DNA of 64,000 nt, taken from contig OZ242326.1 of assembly GCA_965208325.1 (NCBI GenBank), forward strand, positions 2,144,001-2,208,000. Reading direction: 5' to 3'. The DNA comes from Candidatus Poribacteria bacterium. GTDB lineage: Bacteria; Poribacteria; WGA-4E; PCPOR2b. The position numbers were made by a program, and so were the translations under genes. Under the pieces are notes generated by a model, which saw only the letters and a program-made list of their open reading frames with translations, was not told the DNA's origin and searched no databases. This document shows, in pieces, positions 1-10,714 of this stretch; within the stretch, counting starts at the first letter, position 1; each line of letters starts with the position of its first letter.

Positions 1-2049
1 CGGTTGTGGCGAAGCCGATTTGGAAGTTTGACCGGAGTCTGGATTTTCCCGGCTTACCGCGGCGATGTCCAGCATGCTATAGCGGAATTTCAAGAGGGAT
101 TATTGGAAATGATTCAGCCCGACCAGGTCGGTTTGGTGTTCAAGCCGGTCAAAGCGCAAGGTTTAAAAGCTGCCGCGGGCGCCACGGACTTCAGCATGCT
201 GTTTATCGGGTTTAGTCTGTTTCTCATTGTGTCCGCAGTGCTCTTGGTGGGCTTGCTATTCAGGCTGGGCGTAGAGGGGCGGGCGGGTGAGATAGGGTTG
301 TTGTTGTCTTCGGGCTACGCCGTCTCCACCATCCGTTGGCGTTTTATGAAAGAGGGTTGTTGGCTCGCCGGGATCGGCGGTGCGATTGGTCTCGGCGGCG
401 GTGTATCATACGCATGGCTCGTAATGGCAGGCTTGCGAAGCTGGTGGCTGGCGGCGGTCGGCACGCCTTTTCTGGTACTTCACATCAGCCCGTTGAGTTT
501 GGCGCTTGGTTACTTATTCGGTATATTTGCGGTTCTATTTTCAATCTGCTGGACGGTTCGAAAATTCGGCAAATTACCAGTTCGAGCGCTGCTTGCCGGT
601 GATGCAATTTTAGAGTACAAGACCGCCGGACGAATTGCACCGATTATCGCCTTCGGCGGCTTGGGGCTCGCCGCAGGTTTAATCATATTTGCCGTAGTTT
701 CCGGAAGGACATCGTCAGCGGCGCTATTTTTCGGAAGCGGCGCGCTACTACTAACTGCCGGGCTGGCTTTCTTCTCAATGCGGCTCCGAGCTTCCTCTTA
801 CTCGCTTTCCGGCAGCCAAAAGCTGAGAATTGTGCGGATGGGTGTACGCGATAGCGCGCGCCGCAAGGGGCGGAGTATGCTCTGCGCGGCGCTGGTTGGC
901 TGCGCCTGCTTTGTGATTGTTGCCGCCGGCGCCAATCGGCACAGCGGCGCGCGACATGATATCCTGCTGCAGGAAGAATCGGGATCGGGCGGATTCGCGT
1001 TGACTGCGGAATCAGATGTCCCGCTGCATCACAACTTAAACACGGAGGAAGGGCGATTTGAACTCGGGTTCTCTGAATCGGACGCGGCAATGGTAAATCA
1101 GTCCGAGATAACCCAGTTGCGGCTCTTGCCCGGGGAGGATGTCAGTTGTTTGAACCTCTACAAACCTAGAAAACCTCGCATCTTGGGCGTTCCCGCCGAG
1201 TTTATCGAACGCGGCGGGTTTCAGTTCCAAAAGGCGTTGTCAACAACGCCTGAGGTCAGCGCAAACCCGTGGCGTGCGCTTGAGGTTGAGGAGGAAACCG
1301 GCGTAATTCCAGCCATCGGTGATTACAACTCTGTCCTCTGGATTTTGCATCTCGGTCTTGGCGAGGATTTGATTATTCAGGACGAATTTGGAGAGTCGTT
1401 AACGTTGCGATTGGTAGGGCTTTTGCGAAGTAGCATCTTTCAGAGCGAACTGTTAATTTCTGAAGCAAATTTCAAGAAACACTTCCCCAGCCAAAGCGGA
1501 TATTCGTATTTCTTAATCCAGCCGCCCGTGGGAAAAAGTGCCGCATACGAGGGTAGCGGAGCACCTGTAGAAATTGCGCAGATTTTGGAAAACACGTTGA
1601 GCGATTACGGTTTTGATGTCACTTCAACGGCGGAAAAATTAGCTAACTATCGTGCCGTTGAAAACACATACCTCTCGACTTTCCAGACACTCGGCGGACT
1701 TGGGTTGCTTCTTGGGACATTGGGGTTAGCGGTTGTTCTTCTGAGGAACGTTATTGAACGACGGGGCGAACTGGCGACCTTGCGTGCGTTCGGTTTTCGC
1801 CGCTCAACCATATCCACAATGCTTCTGGCGGAAAATGCATTTCTGCTTGGAGTCAGCATATTGATCGGTAGTCTTTCCGCGATTGCGGCGGTATCTCCGC
1901 ACGTTTTCAGTCCTGCCGGCGCACATATTCCTTGGCTTTCGCTCGCAAGCACTCTAATTGCGGTGTTTCTGGTTGGAATCATTGCGAGCGCCGTATCAGT
2001 TTTCTACGCGCTGCGATCGCCCTTGCTACCCGTACTCAAAGCGGAGTAG
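1..2049 (+). CDS. ABC transporter permease, FtsX/MacB-like (5' truncated by window edge)
   Basis: Multiple TM segments; two FtsX-type motifs (RAGEIGLLLSSGY, RRGELATLRAFGF); frame open from base 1. Confidence 0.85.
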   Translation, partial: RLWRSRFGSLTGVWIFPAYRGDVQHAIAEFQEGLLEMIQPDQVGLVFKPVKAQGLKAAAGATDFSMLFIGFSLFLIVSAVLLVGLLFRLGVEGRAGEIGLLLSSGYAVSTIRWRFMKEGCWLAGIGGAIGLGGGVSYAWLVMAGLRSWWLAAVGTPFLVLHISPLSLALGYLFGIFAVLFSICWTVRKFGKLPVRALLAGDAILEYKTAGRIAPIIAFGGLGLAAGLIIFAVVSGRTSSAALFFGSGALLLTAGLAFFSMRLRASSYSLSGSQKLRIVRMGVRDSARRKGRSMLCAALVGCACFVIVAAGANRHSGARHDILLQEESGSGGFALTAESDVPLHHNLNTEEGRFELGFSESDAAMVNQSEITQLRLLPGEDVSCLNLYKPRKPRILGVPAEFIERGGFQFQKALSTTPEVSANPWRALEVEEETGVIPAIGDYNSVLWILHLGLGEDLIIQDEFGESLTLRLVGLLRSSIFQSELLISEANFKKHFPSQSGYSYFLIQPPVGKSAAYEGSGAPVEIAQILENTLSDYGFDVTSTAEKLANYRAVENTYLSTFQTLGGLGLLLGTLGLAVVLLRNVIERRGELATLRAFGFRRSTISTMLLAENAFLLGVSILIGSLSAIAAVSPHVFSPAGAHIPWLSLASTLIAVFLVGIIASAVSVFYALRSPLLPVLKAE

Positions 2050-2148
2050 ATGAAGAAAATGAGCGTGAACGTTGAACGGCGAAGACCGCTTCGAGATCAA
2101 CTACTAAACCGTCAAAACGCCGAAGACTCGATTGGCGCAGGTTTTCGC

Positions 2149-2177
2149 TTGACACCAAGTTGATTTTAGCGTATGAT
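2149..2177 (+). promoter_or_regulatory. sigma70-type promoter upstream of porin/SBP
   Basis: TTGACA-17 bp-TATGAT. Confidence 0.6.
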
Positions 2178-2371
2178 GGACTCCTCTCTATTTGAGACAC
2201 GCGGCATGTAATGAAACATGTTGTACACAAACCTATATGGTAACCGAGACGCAACGTTTGCTACCCCTACCCACGACTTTCACGCCAAATCGTACCGTTC
2301 CAAATAACCGTGAAACCAATAACAACTCTCCCATGACGTTTCTGCGTCAAGGGACTTAAAAGGAGATTTGA

Positions 2372-3598
2372 ATGCAAATTGACTTAAGGCGGCAATTGTG
2401 GCTTATCACATTTGCCGCATTGTTAATGGGTGCTACAGTTGTCTTCGCTGATCAGACAAAAAAAGGATCAGACATTCAATTTTACGGGTTTCTGCGAATG
2501 GATGCCGCCTACGATTCTTCACGGTTGAGCGACACACAGGTTCCCGCTTACGTTCTCTGTGAAGACCCCAAAGCGCTCGCAGCCAAAGGCGTAAAAGCGG
2601 CGCCTGAGAACCAAGATGAATTCACGCTCTACACGCGCATGACCCGCCTCGGCTTTAACCTGACAGGCGCGAAGGTCAAGGGGATGGGAGCCCCGAAACT
2701 CACCGGACGCATGGAGGTTGATTTCTATGGTCCGGCGTCGGATTCGCGAAACATGTTTCGCATGCGCCACGCTTGGTTGAAACTTCAATGGGGCGATTTT
2801 TCTGTGCTTGCCGGACAGACTGTTGACCTAATATCGCCGCTCTACCCGATAGCGAATGACGATATGATACTCTGGGGCGCCGGCAACCTCGCAGACCGAA
2901 GACCTCAAGCCCGTTTACAGTACGCCCTGCCCATTGGCGAGTCACGCCTGTTTCTGCAGGGGGCGGCAGGGTTGACCAGCGCGATTGACCGGAAAGACCT
3001 CGACGGAAACGGTGTAACCGACGGGGAAGTTTCCGGGCGACCGACGTTGCAGGGACGCGCCGCCTATCAAATGCCGGTGTGGGACACAAACAGTCCTCTA
3101 GAAGTTGGCGTCTGGGCGCACCAAGCGTGGGAGGAACTAGACTCGCCACTTGCCGAAGGCGGCGAGACAGAATTCCAGAGCAACGTGGTTGGTGTTGATG
3201 TAAAACTGCCGATTTACCAAGACCGGCTTGCGTTGAGCGCCGAAGGTTGGACCGGCAAGAACCTGAGCGACGTTCGGGGTGGTATCTTCCAGGGTATCAA
3301 CACCGAAACCAACGCGGAAATCAACGCGATGGGCGGATTCGCTCAATTGAGTGCAACCGTCATTAAGAAGCAGAACTACAAAAACGTCATTTTCTTGGGG
3401 GCATCGGTCGACAACCCCGAAGACGAAGATCTTAGCAACGGCGGTCGTAGTCTGAACCGTGTCTTTTTCATCGTACAACAGTCGAGTTTCGGGCCCGTGG
3501 TAATTAACTTGGAGTACCTCAACTGGACTACCGAGTATAAGGGATTCGAAGACGGTACGAGTGACCGAGTCAGATTATATGCCGCATACAAGTTTTAA
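2372..3598 (+). CDS. Outer-membrane porin, DcaP-like
   Basis: Signal peptide, FYGFLRMD start motif, FRMRHAW, C-terminal aromatic (YKF); SD AGGAG. Confidence 0.7.
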   Translation: MQIDLRRQLWLITFAALLMGATVVFADQTKKGSDIQFYGFLRMDAAYDSSRLSDTQVPAYVLCEDPKALAAKGVKAAPENQDEFTLYTRMTRLGFNLTGAKVKGMGAPKLTGRMEVDFYGPASDSRNMFRMRHAWLKLQWGDFSVLAGQTVDLISPLYPIANDDMILWGAGNLADRRPQARLQYALPIGESRLFLQGAAGLTSAIDRKDLDGNGVTDGEVSGRPTLQGRAAYQMPVWDTNSPLEVGVWAHQAWEELDSPLAEGGETEFQSNVVGVDVKLPIYQDRLALSAEGWTGKNLSDVRGGIFQGINTETNAEINAMGGFAQLSATVIKKQNYKNVIFLGASVDNPEDEDLSNGGRSLNRVFFIVQQSSFGPVVINLEYLNWTTEYKGFEDGTSDRVRLYAAYKF

Positions 3599-3602
3599 TC
3601 GT

Positions 3603-3640
3603 TGATGGTCCGCAGAAGAATTCATTTTTGCGGACCATCA
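3603..3640 (+). terminator. Intergenic hairpin (terminator or mRNA stabiliser)
   Basis: 12-bp perfect inverted repeat TGATGGTCCGCA/TGCGGACCATCA; no clear U-tract. Confidence 0.45.
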
Positions 3641-3679
3641 GATGTTGTCAAAATTCATAACACAAGAAGGGATTATCAA

Positions 3680-4558
3680 ATGATATTTTTATTCAAATCG
3701 TTTCAGAAAATTGGGACAATGCTGCTATTAACTATCCTTTGCACTTTCACGGCGTGGAGTGCGGATTTAACCTTCACCGCCATTCCGGACCAGGACACTA
3801 CCCGCCTGCAGAAGCGTTTCGGCAAGATTGCCGCTTACCTATCGGAAGAGTTGGGGATTACGGTAAAATACGTACCCGTGAAATCCTACAGCGCCTCGGT
3901 TCAAGCGTTCAAGAACAACGAGGTTCAACTGGCTTGGTTCGGCGGGTTGTCAGGTGTTAAAGCCCGCATCGCAGTTCCCGATTCCGTCGCCATCGCGCAG
4001 GGCGCGGAGGATCCCGATTTCATCTCCTATTTCATCGCCAACACGAGCACAGGTTTATCGTTCTCGGAAGCATTCCCGAAAGCCATAAAGGACAAGACAT
4101 TCACATTCGGCTCCAAGGGCTCGACATCGGGCCGCCTCATGCCGGAGTATTTTATCCGAGAGGCGTATGGGATGGCGCCCCGCGAAATTTTCAAGCGAGT
4201 CGGCTTCAGCGGCGACCACTCCAAAACCCTAGCTCTGGTTCAAGCCGGCAGCTATGAAGTCGGCGCGATGAATTACAAGGTGTGGCGGAAGGAGGTCGAT
4301 GCAGGCAAAGTTGACCCAAACAAGGTGCAGGTGATTTGGCGCACTCCGGGTTACCCGGACTACAACTGGACGATTCGCGGCGATGTCGAAGAAACGTACG
4401 GCGAAGATTTTATCAAAAGAGTTCAGCAAGCCCTTCTCGACATCACGGACCCTGCCATACTTGACGCTTTTCCGCGATCCAGCTTCATCCCTGCCGATAA
4501 TTCGATGTACAAGACTATCCTTGACACCGCTATTGAAGTTGGAATCATTAGAAAATAG
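3680..4558 (+). CDS. PhnD-fold ABC substrate-binding protein, putative selenate-transporter subfamily
   Basis: FTAIPDQD, LAWFGGLSGV, TFGSKGSTSGRLMP, GFSGDH, YPDYNW motifs; ATG 3680 after AGAAGGGA. Confidence 0.75.
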   Translation: MIFLFKSFQKIGTMLLLTILCTFTAWSADLTFTAIPDQDTTRLQKRFGKIAAYLSEELGITVKYVPVKSYSASVQAFKNNEVQLAWFGGLSGVKARIAVPDSVAIAQGAEDPDFISYFIANTSTGLSFSEAFPKAIKDKTFTFGSKGSTSGRLMPEYFIREAYGMAPREIFKRVGFSGDHSKTLALVQAGSYEVGAMNYKVWRKEVDAGKVDPNKVQVIWRTPGYPDYNWTIRGDVEETYGEDFIKRVQQALLDITDPAILDAFPRSSFIPADNSMYKTILDTAIEVGIIRK

Positions 4559-4615
4559 CTGAAGGTGTGTTTTGAATTGCCTTAAAGACCGTTTTTTTTA
4601 ATTTAAGATTCACGC

Positions 4616-4799
4616 GTAGATTGGGTTGAACAGCAAAAAGCAAATCTCTCTGAAGGCATCCATCAGAAGCCCGCGAAAGCCACCAGCGAATCGTGTAAAC
4701 GCGCAGTAAAGAACACGATTTAATTGTTGAAGTTTTCTCCCATTCTGGAACAGTTCTAATTGCCGGAGAGTTTTCACTATTGACGTTGACCCAATCTTC
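4616..4799. repeat. Degenerate GTAG-type REP/MITE-like element
   Basis: Ends GTAGATTGGGTTGA ... TTGACCCAATCTTC form imperfect terminal inverted repeats of the family seen at 49159 and 56266. Confidence 0.5.
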
Positions 4800-4940
4800 G
4801 TGGAAATCGCGTTCAGCCGCCTAACGAATTACCGAAAAACACGCAAAACTGGCTGGCAGTGCTATAATCCTTTTCCGGAAATCGAATCGGATTTACCGGA
4901 TTTTCCCAATAACCTTCAATCATAGAATGAATTTTAAAAA

Positions 4941-7934
4941 ATGGAAACTACTCGGATTCCAGAAGTAAACTTGCGTCCCGGCGATCAACTGCACGGTTTT
5001 GAAGTAAAAGCCGTCACGCCGATTGACGAGTTGCGGGCGGTAAACATTGTATTGACACATCCGCATAGCGGCGCTCGCCTGCTGCATCTCTACACAAACG
5101 ACACTGAAAATCTCTTCTCTATCAATTTTCCGACGCCGCCATCGGACGATACTGGCGTACCCCATATCCTTGAACACGCGGTTTTGGCAGGGTCACACAA
5201 ATTTCCGGTTAAAGAACCATTTTTTGAAATGGTTAAAATGAGCATGGCAACCTTTATTAATGCCATGACAGGCGAGGATTTTACCTGCTATCCGGTGTCA
5301 AGCAATGTAAAAAAAGATCTCTTCAACTTAGCAGAGGTGTATTTCGACGCGGTCTTTCATCCGTTATTGACGGAAAATACTTTCAAACGTGAAGGACATC
5401 ACCTTGCGCCCGTTGATCCCGATATCCCCACTGGCGATCTGAAGATAACAGGTATTGTCTACAATGAGATGAAAGGGGAATTCTCAGATCCCGAAGCTCG
5501 GTTATACCGATCGGTGATGTGCAAGCTCCTTCCTGATACGCTCTACGCCTACGAATCTGGCGGCGATCCAGATGCCATTCCGGATTTGACATACGCGCAG
5601 CTCAAAGCGTTCCATGAAACCTATTACCACCCAAGCAACGGCTATTTTGTCCTCTACGGCGACATTCCAACGAGCGAGTATCTTGCCTTCCTTGCTGATA
5701 AGTTAGATAACATCCCGAAAAACGCCGCGACCGATGTTTTGCGTCCATTGCGGCCGGAGGTCACACACCAACCGAAGTGGAATGCTCCGAGGGATGTAAC
5801 GAATAGCTATCCTGTCGGGGCGGATGAGCCGCTTACGGAAAAGACCTATCTCATGCTCAGTTGGATTATCGGGGATGCAACCAACCCAGAAGAGGTCGTC
5901 TTGGGTCGTATCCTGAGTCTCATTTTGCTCGGCAATGAAGCGGCGCCTCTTCGTAAGGCGATTATTGATTCCAACCTCGGTGCCGACATGATATTTTCCG
6001 GAGCCGGTTCAATTGGACCCGCAGCCACTTTTGACATCGGACTCAAAGGGAGCGAAGCGGATCGGGTTGAAGCGTTTACGACACTGGTGTACGACACCCT
6101 AACACAGATTGCAGATTCAGGAATTGCTAGCGAAAGGGTGGAAGCAGCCTTTCAACAAGCGACCTATCACTATCAAGAGGTCGCGTCAATGTTCCCGCTC
6201 CATATGCACTACCGTGCCATCCAAGGTTGGATATATGAAAAAGAGCCCGATACCTTCCTGAACATGGGGCAATGCCTCGCTGATGTGCGCGAACAGTGGC
6301 TGGAAAATCCATCAATATTCAACCAGTTAATCCGAGAAAACCTTATTGAAAACCCGCATCGCCTGACAAATATACTATCCCCTGACCGGGACATGCAGGC
6401 GAAAACGGACGCTGAACTCGCCGAACGGATGAAGGAGACGCGGGCACGGCTGACTGATGAGGAAGTCCGGCGAATTGCCGCTGATGCTGCCGAGCTTGAA
6501 CGGCTTAATGGCCTCCCAAATTCGCCGGAAGCACTCGCCAACCTGCCGCAACTCCTAGTCAGTAATCTCCCTGAAAAACCGAAACATATTCCTACAACGA
6601 TTGAAAATGTGAGAGGCCAGGTGTTGCTCCACAACGATGTTTTTGCCAACGGCGTTAACTACCTCGTGCTGAACCTCGATCTGCGAGGGTTGCCCGAGCA
6701 TCTCTGGACTTTTCTACCCAGATATGCTGATGCTATTGGCAAACTCGGTGCGGCTGATATGAGCTATGAAGAGATGGCGCAGCGGACATCTTCATTCACC
6801 GGTGGCATTGGATGCGCACCGTGGTTTTCTACAAACGCTCTTGACCCTAGTCGTGCCACGCAGGGTATGTTCTTTCACCTTAAAGCACTTGACAACAGAA
6901 TGGATGCCGCACTGGATGTCTTGTACGATTTACTTTTCGCTGTGAATCCACGCGATACGGAACGTCTCCGCGATGTCATGGTTCAAGCGGTTGCGAATTA
7001 TCAGACTGAAATGATCCATGACGGCTCAAGTACCGCGATTCATCACGCTTCACGCGGACTCTCATCGAACGCGCATCTTGCTGAAACCATCTATGGACTG
7101 CCTCAACTCCGCAATAGCGAAACGTTGCTTGACAGTTTTGACGAACTTAGCACCGGACTTATGCGGCATATAGAAGGGATTCGCGATTTTCTGTTAACAC
7201 GTGGACGGGTAACCGCAAGTTTCACCGGCTCCGATCCTGCGTTTGAAACAACGCGAACCAAACTCAGTGGGTGGCTTGACGCGATGCGGGATGAACCTGT
7301 TTCTTCAGCATCAATTACATTCCAGCCGTTTGGAACGCCGCCACGAGAAGGATTAGCCGGTCCCATCCAGATTGCGCACTGCGCCCACGTGATGCCGGCA
7401 CCGCACTATTCGCATCCGGATTCAGCGCTGCTGACGATCGGTGCACATCTCATTCGGCTGGATTACATACTGAGCGAGATCCGATTTAAAGGAAATGCTT
7501 ACGGGGCAAGGTTTTCCTATAGTCCTTATGATTCGGTGCTGTGCCAATCTTCATACCGAGATCCACACGTCGCCCGCACGGTCAATGTCTTCGATCAGAC
7601 CGTAGACTATGTTAAACAGGTGGAATGGACGCAGGTAGACATAGACCGGGCGATTATCGCTACGGCAAAAGACGGCGAGAAACCGATTCGTCCTAGTCAA
7701 GCTACAAGCGACGCGCTGAGGCAACATCTTGTTGGGCAAACACGCGATATGCGCGAGGAACGCTACGCGCAACTCCGGCGTGCCACCCCAGTAAAAGTGA
7801 AACGCGCATTGCTTCAACTCTTGGAGGGAAGCGGAGATAAGGCTGCGGTGTGCGTCGTTTCGAGCCGCGAGAAACTGGAAGCAGCGAACAGCGAACTGGT
7901 GCAACCTCTCGTTATTGAAGATATTTTAGCCTAA
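4941..7934 (+). CDS. Insulinase-family (M16C, presequence protease-like) zinc metallopeptidase
   Basis: HILEH inverted zinc motif, TFINAMT, GIVYNEMKG, SYRDPH; 997 aa. Confidence 0.9.
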   Translation: METTRIPEVNLRPGDQLHGFEVKAVTPIDELRAVNIVLTHPHSGARLLHLYTNDTENLFSINFPTPPSDDTGVPHILEHAVLAGSHKFPVKEPFFEMVKMSMATFINAMTGEDFTCYPVSSNVKKDLFNLAEVYFDAVFHPLLTENTFKREGHHLAPVDPDIPTGDLKITGIVYNEMKGEFSDPEARLYRSVMCKLLPDTLYAYESGGDPDAIPDLTYAQLKAFHETYYHPSNGYFVLYGDIPTSEYLAFLADKLDNIPKNAATDVLRPLRPEVTHQPKWNAPRDVTNSYPVGADEPLTEKTYLMLSWIIGDATNPEEVVLGRILSLILLGNEAAPLRKAIIDSNLGADMIFSGAGSIGPAATFDIGLKGSEADRVEAFTTLVYDTLTQIADSGIASERVEAAFQQATYHYQEVASMFPLHMHYRAIQGWIYEKEPDTFLNMGQCLADVREQWLENPSIFNQLIRENLIENPHRLTNILSPDRDMQAKTDAELAERMKETRARLTDEEVRRIAADAAELERLNGLPNSPEALANLPQLLVSNLPEKPKHIPTTIENVRGQVLLHNDVFANGVNYLVLNLDLRGLPEHLWTFLPRYADAIGKLGAADMSYEEMAQRTSSFTGGIGCAPWFSTNALDPSRATQGMFFHLKALDNRMDAALDVLYDLLFAVNPRDTERLRDVMVQAVANYQTEMIHDGSSTAIHHASRGLSSNAHLAETIYGLPQLRNSETLLDSFDELSTGLMRHIEGIRDFLLTRGRVTASFTGSDPAFETTRTKLSGWLDAMRDEPVSSASITFQPFGTPPREGLAGPIQIAHCAHVMPAPHYSHPDSALLTIGAHLIRLDYILSEIRFKGNAYGARFSYSPYDSVLCQSSYRDPHVARTVNVFDQTVDYVKQVEWTQVDIDRAIIATAKDGEKPIRPSQATSDALRQHLVGQTRDMREERYAQLRRATPVKVKRALLQLLEGSGDKAAVCVVSSREKLEAANSELVQPLVIEDILA

Positions 7935-8265
7935 ACCTGTTTATGCAAGCACATCTCTGCTTGGTCGGCGTGTTTAAAAAACCACGCGGCATTTAAAATG
8001 GAAAGTGAATGGCATTACAGCGGACTTTGAATATGATCCAAGCAGAATTACGTGCTTACCTTGAGCGTCTTATTCATCGTACCGAACGGGGAAACCATGA
8101 ATCGTTGCGATTGACGGCGGTTCGGTTTGTCAAACATGTTTGATCAGTCTCTGTCGCAACTGAATTAGGTTGATAGGAAATAGGCAGATAACGTATCATT
8201 GATTCATCTGGCACTTCAGTTCGTGGTTTTATGATTGCCGACTTATCCATAAAGGACATATCCCG

Positions 8266-8478
8266 ATGACAGCACGACTTGAACAAGCTTTCACAGAAGT
8301 CTCAAAACTCTCCCCAAAGGAACAAGATGCAATAGCGGATTGGTTGCTTGCTGAGCTTGAATCCGAAAGGCGATGGGATAAGCGATTTGCAGATTCTCAA
8401 GACATATTACCCAAGCTGGCCGGAGAAGCACTTGCCGAACATCGCAAAGGTCAAACTCAAGAATCAGATCAAATATGA
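8266..8478 (+). CDS. Small acidic putative antitoxin
   Basis: 70 aa; WDKRF...LAGEALAEHRKG pattern; ATGA overlap with the downstream toxin-like gene. Confidence 0.6.
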   Translation: MTARLEQAFTEVSKLSPKEQDAIADWLLAELESERRWDKRFADSQDILPKLAGEALAEHRKGQTQESDQI

Positions 8479-8738
8479 ATTCAAAAACGACAAAATATTT
8501 TCGCTAGATTCCTGCAACATTACCGAGCTACATTCGACACCAGCCGAGGAAAGCCAATACGCATTTCCGGGAGAATCCAAACCATCCAAGCCTTCGGTTC
8601 AAAAAGATACATACCACTGAACCGATTTGTTCCGCTCGTATCAATATGAACTATCGGGTGGTTGGAGTCGTTGATGACGGAGTGATTGTTTGGTTCTGGA
8701 TTGGAACACACGCTGACTATGATGAACTGATTCAGTAG
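8475..8738 (+). pseudogene. RelE/ParE-like toxin with in-frame TAG at codon 11 (8505-8507)
   Basis: MNSKTTKYFR*IPATLP...NPNHPSLRFKK...YRVVG...WFWIGTHADYD in a single frame. Confidence 0.75.
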
Positions 8739-9089
8739 TCACTGCACACGACGTTTAAACCCAAAACCTCGTACCATCAAAAGTTAGTATGAATAACGGG
8801 CCACCAAACGAAATGAACGACTTTGGTGAATTGCGGAGAGGCGGAAGGCGTTTGTCGCTAGGCTTGAAAAAAACTGGGGCTTGTGTTAATATTTTAGCTT
8901 AATGAGGAGTTTTTGTTTTCGGCTGGTTTCGCAGCGCAGCGGTGGATTTCATCGCAGATTATTCTTGTGCGGCGTGAATAGTCACCCCTAGCAACTGTTG
9001 TCCCTTTTTCACACCAACCGCACATGGAATGCTCTCACTAAAAACTTGAGCCACTTCATTTCACCCAACCCAAGGAGGAGGTAATCGAA

Positions 9090-9887
9090 ATGAAAGTCAA
9101 ATTGGCGTTTTTATCCATGGTGTTCGGGCTCGTTGTTATCGGATTGATACTAACCGCGGAAAGCGATGCAAAGATTGTATCCGTTGGCGCATGGCTTTTG
9201 GATGAAGCTGAAGGAAACACGGTTGAAGACGTTTCCGGTAAGGGCATCAATGGAGAGATCCAGGGTGCCTATAAATACGTTAAGGGCCAGTTCGGCGAAG
9301 CGTTGGAGTTTAATGGACGGGACACGCTTGTTCTGTTCGAGAATGACGACCCGAATCAGGCATTTATTCTCCACCGTGACTACGATGTTTCATTCATATT
9401 CTGGCTCCAACCTCTTGATGACAACCATAGATCCATTTTCTGGACAAGAGGTAATGCCGCCGATTCAGATAGATTTAATTTCTATTCAGGCCCTGGGGAA
9501 ACGCTTGGGTTCGACTACCGGGAAGTGGATGGGGCGGTGATACACCTTATCAGCCAAGAGATAGCGCTTCCCCTAAAGGAATGGTCCCATCTTGCTGTCG
9601 TAAGAGCAGGTGACAATTATAAGATATTTAGAAACGGGAATGAAGTCGCGCATAAGACAGATTCCAATCCAAAATTGCCCGAGGCTACAAGCTGGATGAT
9701 GTCGGGCAGACCGAATTTTACTTTTTTCGGGCTTATGGACGAAGTTGCGTTCTTCGACTTCGCTCTGAGTGAAGCCGATATCTCCAATGTTATGAATAAT
9801 GGACTCGTAGAATTTTCCGTGGAGGTTGCTGTACAACCATCAGACAAACTCGCGGCGGCTTGGGCACGGTTGAAGACCAGTAGATAA
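9090..9887 (+). CDS. Secreted LamG/concanavalin-like domain protein
   Basis: Signal peptide, GQFGEALEFNG, WSHLAVV, GLMDEVAFF; C-terminal AVQPSDKLAAAWARLK. Confidence 0.8.
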   Translation: MKVKLAFLSMVFGLVVIGLILTAESDAKIVSVGAWLLDEAEGNTVEDVSGKGINGEIQGAYKYVKGQFGEALEFNGRDTLVLFENDDPNQAFILHRDYDVSFIFWLQPLDDNHRSIFWTRGNAADSDRFNFYSGPGETLGFDYREVDGAVIHLISQEIALPLKEWSHLAVVRAGDNYKIFRNGNEVAHKTDSNPKLPEATSWMMSGRPNFTFFGLMDEVAFFDFALSEADISNVMNNGLVEFSVEVAVQPSDKLAAAWARLKTSR

Positions 9888-9978
9888 TGACGCTTCCGAG
9901 ATTTAATCTAGGCAGCGTATGGCTTATGGTAGGTTTATGGTCTAGGGTGTGTTGAAATTTGCGAAACTGTCTGTAATC

Positions 9979-10103
9979 GTAGGGGATCAACCGAGTGAAT
10001 AGCGAGGGCGATAGTGTTTATCAGGTTGCCTCGCCCATTGACCTACAGGACTCCGATATCGTCTTTGACGTGTGAACAAAGGGTTGGGAGACCCAACCCC
10101 TAC
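9979..10103. repeat. GTAGGG...CCCCTAC REP-like element containing a 36-bp insert (9985-10020)
   Basis: Terminal GTAGGG and GGGTTGGGAGACCCAACCCCTAC hairpin; the insert matches 56508-56543. Confidence 0.6.
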
Positions 10104-10152
10104 GAAGGAACGTGTGTCTCTGCACACCTCTCGATTATCTTGTTGCAGTGAA

Positions 10153-10362
10153 ATGTCAACAGTACCCAGTGTAGAAGAACTGCAATCATCCGTTTCCCAA
10201 CTTTCGGCGGAGGAACTTGCTCGCTTCAGGGCATGGTTTGATGAATTCGATGCCGGCGTTTGGGATGGGCAGTTTGACGAAGATGTGGAATCAGGAAAGT
10301 AAGACCGCCTAGCAAAACGTGCAATTGCAGAATTCCGGGCAGCGAAGTGCAAACGAATATGA
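10153..10362 (+). pseudogene. Putative antitoxin with premature TAA (10300-10302)
   Basis: ...WDGQFDEDVESGK*DRLAKRAIAEFRAAK; the family pattern continues past the stop. Confidence 0.65.
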
Positions 10363-10561
10363 ATCACTTCGCGTCACCCTCATCCTGCGAGCGTTATCGA
10401 AAACTCCGGCAAATATTCGAGAGCGAATAGATGACGATTTCAATCTGCTAAAGCGCGATGCGAGACAACCATCCTTACATCTGAAGAGAGCCGGAGGGTG
10501 TTGGTGCGCTAAGGTGAAGAAGGCGCTTGTTGCGATGCTTGAAATAAACCGGGACTTGTGA
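10359..10561 (+). pseudogene. Frameshifted, truncated RelE/ParE-like toxin
   Basis: MNHFASPS... in one frame, DFNLLKRDARQPSLHLKRAG in another; ATGA overlap with the antitoxin. Confidence 0.6.
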
Positions 10562-10714
10562 TAAGATTTCAAGTTAATTGGGAGCCGCTATTTTCGGCGG
10601 ATCTCGCCGCGAAGCGTTGGGTGTCATCTCAAATCACCTTGCGCGGCGTGAAAGGTCACGCCGCGCCGAATGTAACGTGTTACACATATCAATCCGTTGT
10701 CGAAGAGGAGAAGT

